Shown here: positions 8,857 to 17,334 of the stretch, piece after piece
How positions within the stretch are numbered: the first letter of the stretch is position 1
Layout of the letters: each line of letters starts with the position of its first letter
Origin: Candidatus Undinarchaeales archaeon
GTDB taxonomy: Archaea; SpSt-1190; JASMDC01
Direction of reading: 5' to 3'
Length of the DNA stretch: 64,000 bases
Assembly (NCBI GenBank): GCA_030753015.1
Contig: JASMDC010000004.1
Location: forward strand, 32,001-96,000
Made by a program: the position numbers and the translations under genes
Notes under the pieces: generated by a model
What the model saw: the letters and a program-made list of their open reading frames with translations, nothing else
The model's database searches: none
Told to the model about the DNA's origin: nothing

Positions 8857-9333
8857 CTACCTGAAAGACTCTTCTGCCCTGATGTCCCTGCCGCTCTCGG
8901 TCTCCAGCACCGTGTGGTCGATTGCTGACGTGGTCGTCATGTGCACGAGGACCTTGCGGAAGCCCGGGCCCGCGCACTCCATGAGGAAGATGCGCCGGTC
9001 GTGACCGATGAGGAGCTGCCCCCCCGCCACGGGGACGCTGCAGGTGACGCCCACCAGTGCCGCGGCGAAGGCCGGTCGGCTCGCTTCCGTCTCGAGCTTG
9101 CGGATCTCGGTAGCTGTGGAGCCCACAGCTCCCAGGAGCCCCCCCACGCCTAGGATGAGGGCCGGTTCGTTCTCGAGGATCAGGATACCACAGGAGGAGG
9201 ACGAGGACACGAGTGTCAGGACACCGTGCTCGATCTCACGCTCGCGGAGCACCTTGCCTATCTGAGGGGTGATATCCACCATTCCCCGCTCGAAGGAGGT
9301 CTCGATCTCGATCGCAGTGCTCTCCACCCGCAT
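8857..9333 (-). CDS. YjbQ/UPF0047-like protein (degenerate)
   Basis: Motifs MVDITPQI, GVLTL, ILENEPAL, SVPVAGGQLLIG and IFLMECAGPG.RKV follow the YjbQ pattern. Confidence 0.65.
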   Translation of the reverse strand: MRVESTAIEIETSFERGMVDITPQIGKVLREREIEHGVLTLVSSSSSCGILILENEPALILGVGGLLGAVGSTATEIRKLETEASRPAFAAALVGVTCSVPVAGGQLLIGHDRRIFLMECAGPGFRKVLVHMTTTSAIDHTVLETESGRDIRAEESFR

Positions 9334-9385
9334 GGGCCATGCACGACGGTCAAATGATTTATGTTTGTCCTCCCCTGAGGGTGCC

Positions 9386-9991
9386 ATGGGCACGTTCATC
9401 CCCGCGCTCAAGAGGTACGAGACGGAAATAGAGCGCTTAGGCCCGACCATCACCATCAGCGGTCCGGCTGCCAGTGGCAAATCCTCGGCGGCCAAGGGGG
9501 TGGCCAAGCGGTTGGGGATGAAGCATGTCTCTATGGGCGTTGTGTTCCGGGAGATGGCCAATGAGCAGGGACTGCCGCTGGACGAGTTCCTGGCGAAGTC
9601 CACCGCCGACTTCCACGAACGGGCCGATGCACGCCAGCTCGAGTACGCCATGCGAGGCGGCGTCGTTATCGAGGGCCGGCTCGGCGCCTGGGTCGCCGGC
9701 GACCATGCCCAGATGCGCTTCTGGCTCACAGCCCCTCTGAGAGAGCGGGGACGCCGTGCAGCGGATCGCGAGGGTCTCTCCCTCGACGATGCCGTCCGCT
9801 CCGTGCGCAAGCGCGATGCCATCGACGTGGGCAACTACAAGAGGATCTACGGTTTCGACTTCACGTCACTGGAGCCCTACAATTACGTGATCTCCAACCA
9901 TCTCTACGACCTTCATGGGACGGTGGACATCCTCGCCTACCTCGTCAGCAAGGCCAAGAACCGCCTGCCCGCCTCCGACACATTGAAATAG
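9386..9991 (+). CDS. cmk: Archaeal-type cytidylate kinase
   Basis: Motifs ITISGPAASGKSS, SMGVVFREMA, VIEGRL, LTAPLRER and YKRIYGFD. Confidence 0.9.
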   Translation: MGTFIPALKRYETEIERLGPTITISGPAASGKSSAAKGVAKRLGMKHVSMGVVFREMANEQGLPLDEFLAKSTADFHERADARQLEYAMRGGVVIEGRLGAWVAGDHAQMRFWLTAPLRERGRRAADREGLSLDDAVRSVRKRDAIDVGNYKRIYGFDFTSLEPYNYVISNHLYDLHGTVDILAYLVSKAKNRLPASDTLK

Positions 9992-10012
9992 GTTGCGCCC
10001 CTCCAGCACACC

Positions 10013-10306
10013 GGACGGGAGGGGAAGGACGGCTCTCGGGGTACTCCTGAGGAAGGTCCTCCCACGTCAGGCAGTCCAGCCTTCGGGCCGGGGCGAGAGT
10101 CCCGCGTCCGGGAGCAGAAACGAAACGTTCCCGTCGCCATCCAACGCATGATCCCTCGCGGGTGACGGGTGGCGGGTACGGTGAAACGGCCCGGTCGTGG
10201 ATAAGTGCAAGCTCCCGCACCAACGGGGTAGCCTGACCCCGGCGGGGTAAAGCGCTCAGCTGAATGCCGTCTAGAACAGAAGGAGGCCTACTCTCCCCAC
10301 CCGTCC
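10013..10306 (+). ncRNA. rnpB: RNase P RNA, archaeal type A
   Basis: P4 strands GAGGAAGGTCCTCCCAC and AGAACAGAAGGAGGCCTA; P1 GGACGGG/CCCGTCC; P6 TCAGGC/GCCTGA; GCAGAAAC and TGAAACGGC conserved elements; L15 GGTAA. It fills an ORF-free gap. Confidence 0.93.
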
Positions 10307-10331
10307 ACCCTCCTTCAAAGAAAGAGGGTGG
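10305..10331. terminator. Hairpin between convergent rnpB and glyS
   Basis: CCACCCTC-N11-GAGGGTGG inverted repeat. Confidence 0.45.
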
Positions 10332-10351
10332 AAGGTGACGGTGTTTCTCTA

Positions 10352-12109
10352 TTACTCGCAACCCGCGCAGGGACCGCAGGGACCGCAGCCGGCCTCCACA
10401 TCGCCCTCACCGGCGAGGAGAACACCAAGGACGAGGGGGAGGTCGTCCACAGGGACGCGCTCCTGCTTTTTCGAGTCACGCTCGCGGAGGGTGACGGTCC
10501 CGTCGTCCAGGGTCTGGGCGTCCACGGTGACTCCGAACGGCACACCGATCTCATCGCACCGGGCGTACCGCCGGCCGATGGACCCGCCGGCATCATAGAT
10601 CACGTCGATGCCCGCGTCACGGAGCGCTTTCTCGATAGCTTTCGCAAGCTCAGGAAGACCGTCCCGGTTCACGAGTGGGAACACACCGCAGGAGATGGGC
10701 GCTAAATGAGGAGCCAAGGCCAGATAGGTGCGGTCGTCCTCCTCCTTCAGGGCATGCTCCAGCACGCACCATAGAATACGGCCGACACCATAGGACGGCT
10801 CCACTACATGAGGGACGATATGCTCGCCCGCGACCTTCTCCTCGACCTCGCGCACCTCGATGAAGGGGACCATGTCCACCATTTCGTCTCCGATCTTGGC
10901 CTCGAGCGATTTCCCGTCATCCTTCACCTTGACAAGGTCAGCGTTGCGCTCCTTGATGAACTCGAGCGCCTCCTTGGCGGCCGACTTGAACTGCTTGCCC
11001 AGAGCGCCCTTGTCAGGGACGGCCTTGCGCACAATCTCGACCTTCGGCTCGTCATATGGGAGGAAAACGGTGAGGTCCTTGCCGCTCACCCGTGTGTGGC
11101 TGGTAAGGTCGTAGTCCGTGCGGTAGGCATGTCCGGCGATCTCCACCCATCCGTAGGAGGTCTCGATCTCCACGTCCCAGGTGTCCCGGGAGTAGTGGGC
11201 CTTCTCGTCAGGCAGCTGCTGGCGGAACCGTATGGCCTCCCATGGGATACCGATGGCCAGAAGGTAGAACTTGCTGAGGGTGAGGTAGTAGCCGAGATAG
11301 GGATTGTCGATGATGCCCTTGTCGACCGCCTCCCCTGCGGGCATCTCCACGATGACACCGTCCTGCTTGAGCTGCTCTTCCCGAGGGAAGAGGCGCAGGG
11401 TCTCGTCCCGTACGGTGTCGAACCGTGGATGGGTACCGATATTTCGCCCGTCGAGGAACACTTCGGCCTCCATCTGGGTGAACTCACGTACACGGAGCAG
11501 CCCCTGACGCGGGGATATCTCGTTCCGGTAGGCCTTGCCGATCTGGATGATGCTGAAAGGTAGACGGGGGCGCATGGTGCGCATGATACGGTTGAAGGCG
11601 ACGAACATACCCTGTGCCGTCTCAGGACGCGCATATGCCGTGGCGCCGCCGGTGGACGTGGAACCGATGGAGGTGCGGAACATGAGGTTAAAGTAACGAA
11701 TGGGGGCCAGCGCTCCGCCGCACTCGGGGCACACGATACCCTCGTCAGCGATGAGCGCGTCCAACTCCTCGGTCGGCAGGCCCTCCACGTTGCGTCCCAT
11801 GGCCTCCTCGATTATGTGGTCCGCGCGGAAGGATTTCTTGCAGGACGCACAGTCAGTGAGAGGGTCGTGGAACTTCGCCACGTGACCGGAGGCCACGAAC
11901 ACTACTTCGGGCATGATTGTGGGCGTGTCGATCTCGTAGCCGCCCTCCTGGACAACGAAGAGCTCGCGCCATAGGTCCTTGATCCCGCGCTCGAGGGCCA
12001 CGCCCAGGGGGCCAAGGTCATAGAACCCGCCCACACCACCGTAGATCTCGCAAGAGCGCCAGAGAAATCCCCTGCGCACACAAATGTCCATGATCTTGTC
12101 AGCATCCAT
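10352..12109 (-). CDS. glyS: Glycine--tRNA ligase (archaeal/eukaryotic homodimeric type)
   Basis: Motifs RRGF, YGGVGGFYDLGP, ARPETAQGMF, YRNEISPRQGLLRVREFTQ, EPSYGVGR and SIGRRYAR.DEIG. The start is MDADKIMD. Confidence 0.97.
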   Translation of the reverse strand: MDADKIMDICVRRGFLWRSCEIYGGVGGFYDLGPLGVALERGIKDLWRELFVVQEGGYEIDTPTIMPEVVFVASGHVAKFHDPLTDCASCKKSFRADHIIEEAMGRNVEGLPTEELDALIADEGIVCPECGGALAPIRYFNLMFRTSIGSTSTGGATAYARPETAQGMFVAFNRIMRTMRPRLPFSIIQIGKAYRNEISPRQGLLRVREFTQMEAEVFLDGRNIGTHPRFDTVRDETLRLFPREEQLKQDGVIVEMPAGEAVDKGIIDNPYLGYYLTLSKFYLLAIGIPWEAIRFRQQLPDEKAHYSRDTWDVEIETSYGWVEIAGHAYRTDYDLTSHTRVSGKDLTVFLPYDEPKVEIVRKAVPDKGALGKQFKSAAKEALEFIKERNADLVKVKDDGKSLEAKIGDEMVDMVPFIEVREVEEKVAGEHIVPHVVEPSYGVGRILWCVLEHALKEEDDRTYLALAPHLAPISCGVFPLVNRDGLPELAKAIEKALRDAGIDVIYDAGGSIGRRYARCDEIGVPFGVTVDAQTLDDGTVTLRERDSKKQERVPVDDLPLVLGVLLAGEGDVEAGCGPCGPCAGCE

Positions 12110-12176
12110 GTTCGGCACCGTTGGAATCTGGTTCTTGGATAAGGTTTTTAAAATACTCGACAGGGCATGGGAGAGT

Positions 12177-14996
12177 ATGGCGCGCAAGGCGAAGGGGAAG
12201 CGAAAGAGGATGGCCGACAAGGAGGTCCCTCGAAAGGCGAATGTGGCCCCGGATAACGAACTTGCCGCGAAGAAGAAGTCCATCCCGAAGGCCAAGCCTC
12301 TCCGGGAACCCCATCGCAGCGTCGTGCACGAGGAGGGCGGTTTCGCCGAGCTCAGCGCCATAGTAAATAGGACCGGCCTCCACCAATCCACGCTCCTTCG
12401 CTACGCTTGGATCCCACTGCTCATGGTCATCGTGTTCACCGGCCTCTGGCTCAGGATGATGCCTGTGGACTACCGCATCACGGCTTACGATCCATTCTTC
12501 ATGGTCCGGATGTCCCGGGACGTGGCGGAGACGGGTACCATGCCCCCTGTCGACACTCGTGCTTACTTCCCCCTCGGCCGTGACACCGGCACCACCCGCA
12601 TCCTTACACCACTCGTCATCGCCAAGCTCCATGGTGTGCTCTCCTATCTCAATCCTTCGTACACCGTTGAGACGAGCGCCAAGATGTATCCCGCCGTCTT
12701 GGGCGGGCTCACCCTCCTGGCCTTCTTCTTCTTCGCTACAGAGCTATTCTGCACGGAGACGGCCCTGCTGGCCACCTTCCTTCTCGGTACGGTCCAGGGC
12801 TTCCTGTACCGCACATCTGCGAACTTCTCGGACAAGGAGGGCGTTGCCATATTCCTCATGGCAGTGTGCCTCTGGTTCTTCGCCAAGGCGCTCAATGCCA
12901 AGGAACGGAAACATTGGCTGGTATATTCGGGCCTCTCGGGCCTCACACTTGGTCTGATGGGGTACGCATGGGGAGGGTACCGCCTCAACTACCTCTCAGT
13001 CTCGTGCTTCTTCCTGTTACAGACCCTGCGGATGCGTATCTCCCGCCGTCACCTGGAGATGTTTGGAGTGTTCATCCTCGCCACCTCGGCCCTCATCATC
13101 GGATCCTATTCCACGTACATCCTCAAGGACTCGCCTGGGCTGTTTGCCTACGGCACCTTCGTGTTCGCCCTCGTCACCGTCTATGTCCAGGAGCGCAAGA
13201 TGTTCACGACCCCCTGGCTCCAGCTCTTCTCAGCGGCGGTGATCACCTTCGTCATCGGGATGGTGGGCCTCTTCATAATCTCCAACGGGAATCCTACCGG
13301 CCTCATCAATCCCGTTCTCAATACAATCATGGGCGTGAAGATGCAGGAGGGCGACGTCCACCGATGGTCGGTGGGCGAGCAGCAGCGGCCTGTCTGGGCA
13401 TGGCCGTTCACATCCGGGTGGAAGACGTCCGAGGGCAGCACATGGTGGGGCCACCTGAAGTTCCTGTTCCCGCTCTTCGTAATCGGGCTCATCGTGGCCC
13501 TTGTCGAGGGGCACATGCTGGATAACGAGCATGCGGTGTTCGCCGGTGCGTTCATGCTCATGTCCTTCTTCGTGAGCTTCCTCATGGTGCGTCTCCACTT
13601 TCCGCTTAGCGTGCCCGCTGCACTCCTGAGCGCCTACGTGCTGCGACGTGCCTGGGGGCCCATAGTCACTCAGAAGGAGGACGAAGACGGCTTCGTGTTC
13701 AGCCACTACATCTCGCTCGCCTTCATTGTGTTCGTCATCCCCATCACCATCCTTGCGACCCTACACACGGGAGGCGCAAACGCCACGATCTCCCCGGAGC
13801 TGTCAGAGTCGGCCTACGTGCTCCACGGATGGGCTACCAGGAACATGAGCGATTATGTATCGAGACTCGGTTCCACCGAGTCGCTGGCAGACACCCTTAC
13901 TAGTGTGTTCGTGCTGTCCTGGCTCGTCCTCTACCTCGCGCTTCTCGTGTCCTATGTCAGGAGCGTCGAGCTCCGTAACTTCGCCAAGAAGCTCATCATC
14001 GCCTTCTTCGTGTTCTGTCTCTGCAGCTACACGCTCATCGACGGGTACGCCTTCGCCACGGGCCTGAACTCATCTCTGGGAACCGACTGGCTTGACAGCC
14101 TTCTCTGGCTCAAGCATCATACACCCGACGATGCAATCGTCATGACCTGGTGGGACTACGGCTACTGGATCCAGTACGTGGCCAACCGCACCACGGTGAC
14201 GGACGGCGAGAACCGCATCTCCAACTGGAACGTTGACATGGGCCAGTTCTTCCAGAAGACCAACTCTGACGACTTCTTCTCCTTCCGCAAGTGCGCCCCC
14301 GACGCCTACCCTTACTGCAATTTCGTACACGCCAACACCGGTGCTGGCGAGGTGTTCATGGACTACCACACCATCGAGCCGGACACCGGGAAGCGACGGC
14401 CCGCTTACATCATCATCGACAACACGCTCATCGGCAAGTTCTATTGGGTCACCAAGATCGGCGACAACTGCATCGCTGCAAAGTGCGGCACTCAGTACCA
14501 GTACTTCCCCATCGCCAGAACGTCCGAGAACCCAGAGGACCAGCGGCTCGGAGCTGGTGTCTACATGAACTACATCTACAAGCGGCTGCCCAATGGTGAT
14601 GTCTCGCAGAAGGTCGCCCAGATCAACCTCATGTTCGATCAACAGCAAGGGGGATACATCCCTATCATGCTTGTAGGAAGTATCTCACCAGATGGACAGT
14701 TCCGGATCGAGGAGGAGGCCATCATCGGCAAGTACATGCTGGCCGGCAGCCCGACCGTCTTCGAGACGCAGGGGATCAAGGAGAATGCCAACGTGTTCCC
14801 GGGCATGATCATCATCGCCCGAAGCGCCGATCCACGACGGGGCGCCCTATACTATGTAGAGGAGAAGACAGTGGACATGCTCTTCACCAACCTCTACTTC
14901 CGGGACGGGGCCGGAGTCGACTGGGTGGAGAAGGTGCACGACTCCAAACCCTACGGCACCGTGAAGGTATTTAAGATAAAATACCCTAATGCCTAG
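12177..14996 (+). CDS. aglB: Archaeal oligosaccharyltransferase AglB (STT3 family)
   Basis: Motifs AYDPFF, FSDKE, SVGEQQ, MTWWDYGYWIQ and DNTLIGK. TATA-like TTTTAAAA about 25 nt upstream. Confidence 0.95.
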   Translation: MARKAKGKRKRMADKEVPRKANVAPDNELAAKKKSIPKAKPLREPHRSVVHEEGGFAELSAIVNRTGLHQSTLLRYAWIPLLMVIVFTGLWLRMMPVDYRITAYDPFFMVRMSRDVAETGTMPPVDTRAYFPLGRDTGTTRILTPLVIAKLHGVLSYLNPSYTVETSAKMYPAVLGGLTLLAFFFFATELFCTETALLATFLLGTVQGFLYRTSANFSDKEGVAIFLMAVCLWFFAKALNAKERKHWLVYSGLSGLTLGLMGYAWGGYRLNYLSVSCFFLLQTLRMRISRRHLEMFGVFILATSALIIGSYSTYILKDSPGLFAYGTFVFALVTVYVQERKMFTTPWLQLFSAAVITFVIGMVGLFIISNGNPTGLINPVLNTIMGVKMQEGDVHRWSVGEQQRPVWAWPFTSGWKTSEGSTWWGHLKFLFPLFVIGLIVALVEGHMLDNEHAVFAGAFMLMSFFVSFLMVRLHFPLSVPAALLSAYVLRRAWGPIVTQKEDEDGFVFSHYISLAFIVFVIPITILATLHTGGANATISPELSESAYVLHGWATRNMSDYVSRLGSTESLADTLTSVFVLSWLVLYLALLVSYVRSVELRNFAKKLIIAFFVFCLCSYTLIDGYAFATGLNSSLGTDWLDSLLWLKHHTPDDAIVMTWWDYGYWIQYVANRTTVTDGENRISNWNVDMGQFFQKTNSDDFFSFRKCAPDAYPYCNFVHANTGAGEVFMDYHTIEPDTGKRRPAYIIIDNTLIGKFYWVTKIGDNCIAAKCGTQYQYFPIARTSENPEDQRLGAGVYMNYIYKRLPNGDVSQKVAQINLMFDQQQGGYIPIMLVGSISPDGQFRIEEEAIIGKYMLAGSPTVFETQGIKENANVFPGMIIIARSADPRRGALYYVEEKTVDMLFTNLYFRDGAGVDWVEKVHDSKPYGTVKVFKIKYPNA

Positions 14997-15951
14997 TCCC
15001 ATGGAGTTAGTGGTCTGCCTAGCGGTCTCCTTCGTCGTCACCTACCTGGCAGTCCACTTCTACATCCCGCGTGCCATAAAAGCAGGCATCACCGGCAAGG
15101 ATATGAACAAGCGCGACAAGCCAGAGGTCGCCGAGATGGGCGGGCTCACCGTGGTGGCCGGGTTCCTTGTGGCCTACCTCCTTGTCATCTACGATGCCCC
15201 GGCCGAGACACTTCCGGCCCACCTCGCGAGCCTGGCCACAATCCTCGTGGTCACCATCGTGGGGATGGTGGATGACCTCTTCGACATGCGCCAGAGCGTG
15301 AAGGCCGCGCTCCCCGTGCTGGCCTCACTCCCCCTGGCGGTGATCAAGGCAGGTACGCACATCATGTATTTCCCCATGTTAGGACCGATATACCTCGGGA
15401 ACGCCTATCCCATGCTCCTGGTCCCCCTGGGCATCACAGGCTCCGCTAACGCATTCAACATGCTCGGCGGCATCAATGGGCTGGAGGCCGGGATGGGCAT
15501 CATCTCGTGTGTCACCGTGCTCGTGTGCGCCATCATCGCCGAGCGAACCGCGTCGGCCCTTCTCATGGCGTGCATGGTAGGTGCGCTGTGCGCCTTCTAC
15601 ATCTTCAACCGTTACCCGTCCAAGGTGTTCCCGGGAGATGTGGGCACACTCACCATCGGCGCCGCTATTGCTGCGGCGGTGATCATCGGGAACATGGAGC
15701 GTGTGGGGCTGTTCGTCGTGACGCTGTACTTCGTCGAGCTCGTGCTCAAAGCCAGGACCGGGTTCAAGGCCCAGTGCTTCGGCACCCCCACTCGCGACGG
15801 CCTCGAGCCGCCTGAGGACATCGGGTCCCTCACCCACATCGTGATGCGCCACACAACCGACGAACCACGAGTGGCCTACACCCTGTTCGTCATCCAGGCG
15901 CTGCTCTGCTCTCTTGTGATCATGAACGTGTACCTGGCCTACGGGGTGTAG
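14989..15951 (+). CDS. aglH: UDP-GlcNAc:dolichol-phosphate GlcNAc-1-phosphotransferase (MraY/GPT family)
   Basis: Motifs GKDMNK, VAEMGG, GMVDD, NAFNMLGGINGLEAG and FNRYPSKVFPGDVG. It overlaps the aglB stop. Confidence 0.9.
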   Translation: MPSPMELVVCLAVSFVVTYLAVHFYIPRAIKAGITGKDMNKRDKPEVAEMGGLTVVAGFLVAYLLVIYDAPAETLPAHLASLATILVVTIVGMVDDLFDMRQSVKAALPVLASLPLAVIKAGTHIMYFPMLGPIYLGNAYPMLLVPLGITGSANAFNMLGGINGLEAGMGIISCVTVLVCAIIAERTASALLMACMVGALCAFYIFNRYPSKVFPGDVGTLTIGAAIAAAVIIGNMERVGLFVVTLYFVELVLKARTGFKAQCFGTPTRDGLEPPEDIGSLTHIVMRHTTDEPRVAYTLFVIQALLCSLVIMNVYLAYGV

Positions 15952-15954
15952 GAC

Positions 15955-17334
15955 GTGCGCGTCCTCGTCCTCAATCCGCCCGGGCCCGGCGGTGTGCGCT
16001 ACAGCCGAGACGGCCGTTGCCAGAGCGATGAAGGAGCCTGGCTCGACACATTCCCCCCCACCATGCTGGCCAGCGTGGCCGGTGCCCTCCGGGTCGAGCA
16101 CCAGGTGGTCATCACTGACTGTATCGGCGAAAGGCTGGGTATGGACGCTCTCATGGAGCGGGTGGAAGCGCTGGACCCGGATGCCGTTGTATGCAATACG
16201 GCAACACCCACCATAGCTGCCGACATGGCGGCCCTTGCGGCGGTGAAGGGGAGCTGCGATGCCCTGACGCTCGCTTATGGCGAGCATGTAACGGCCCGGG
16301 CCGCCGAGCTCCTCAAGGACCAACCCGCCCTGGACGTAGCTGTGCTGGGCGAGGCGGAGACACCGGTGCTCAGGGCACTGAGAGGGGAGGAACGCATCCC
16401 CGGTACAGCTGTGCGCGGATGGACGGGAGAACCGTGGCTCGAACCCGAGCTGGACACGTTGCCCTTCCCCGCCTACGACCTGCTGCCCACATACCGCTTC
16501 CCCCTCACCGGTGAGCCCTGGCTCTTCGTCCGTGACGGCCGCGGGTGTCCCTACAACTGCTCGTTCTGCGTGATGCCCCGCCTGGGAGGTCGACGGGCGC
16601 GGTTCCATTCTTCCGAGTACATGCTCGACCAGTTGACCTGGGTCGTGGAGCGACTGGGGATCCGCCTGTGGATGCTATGGGACGAACTGGCCACATTGGA
16701 CAGAGGACGCATGGAACGACTGTGCGACCTGCTCGTGGGCTCCGGACTGGCAGAACGGGCCCGCTGGTTCTGCACGACCCGTGCGGACCAGTTCGATCAG
16801 GCCCTCGCACAACGGATGCACGCCGCAGGCTGTCGTATGGTGTCCTTCGGTGTTGAGTCGGGGAGCCAGCACGTGCTTGACCGGTGCGGCAAGGGTATCA
16901 CCGTGGAGCAGGTGCGTCAGGCGGTAGCCGCTGCGGGGGACGCCGGCATGCACACCATCGGCCACTGCATCATCGGGCTACCGGGCGAGGACGAGGAGTC
17001 CGCCCGGGCCACAGTCGACCTCGCCATCGAGAGCGGTCTCGACTTCGCCCAGTTCTACACCGCGACACCCTTCCCGGGAAGCGCTTTCCACGAGGAGGCC
17101 GTGCGGGAGGGATGGTTCGTTGACGGCGACTGGGGGGCGGTGGAGCAGGGGACTGCTGCCGTGTCCTATCCTCATCTCCCCGCCGAACGGATCGCCGAGC
17201 TCCGTCGCGAAGCGTACCGTGCGTTCTATCTCAGGCCCAAGGCCGCCGTATCAGTGGCGACCATGACGACGCCCCGAGCGCTCCTCGATCTTCCGCGCAT
17301 GACGCTCGGATTCCTTGGATGGATGGGCCGGTGA
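15955..17334 (+). CDS. Cobalamin-binding radical SAM protein (class B type)
   Basis: N-terminal B12-binding-like domain (PP..LASVAGAL, GEH.T, GEAE), RGCPYNCSFC, FGVESGSQ, IIGLPGE and TPFPGS. Confidence 0.9.
   Translation: MRVLVLNPPGPGGVRYSRDGRCQSDEGAWLDTFPPTMLASVAGALRVEHQVVITDCIGERLGMDALMERVEALDPDAVVCNTATPTIAADMAALAAVKGSCDALTLAYGEHVTARAAELLKDQPALDVAVLGEAETPVLRALRGEERIPGTAVRGWTGEPWLEPELDTLPFPAYDLLPTYRFPLTGEPWLFVRDGRGCPYNCSFCVMPRLGGRRARFHSSEYMLDQLTWVVERLGIRLWMLWDELATLDRGRMERLCDLLVGSGLAERARWFCTTRADQFDQALAQRMHAAGCRMVSFGVESGSQHVLDRCGKGITVEQVRQAVAAAGDAGMHTIGHCIIGLPGEDEESARATVDLAIESGLDFAQFYTATPFPGSAFHEEAVREGWFVDGDWGAVEQGTAAVSYPHLPAERIAELRREAYRAFYLRPKAAVSVATMTTPRALLDLPRMTLGFLGWMGR

Noticed and set aside
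9945-10361. Minus-strand ORFs of 138 and 70 aa between cmk and glyS
   Set aside because: The region is explained by the RNase P RNA on the plus strand.
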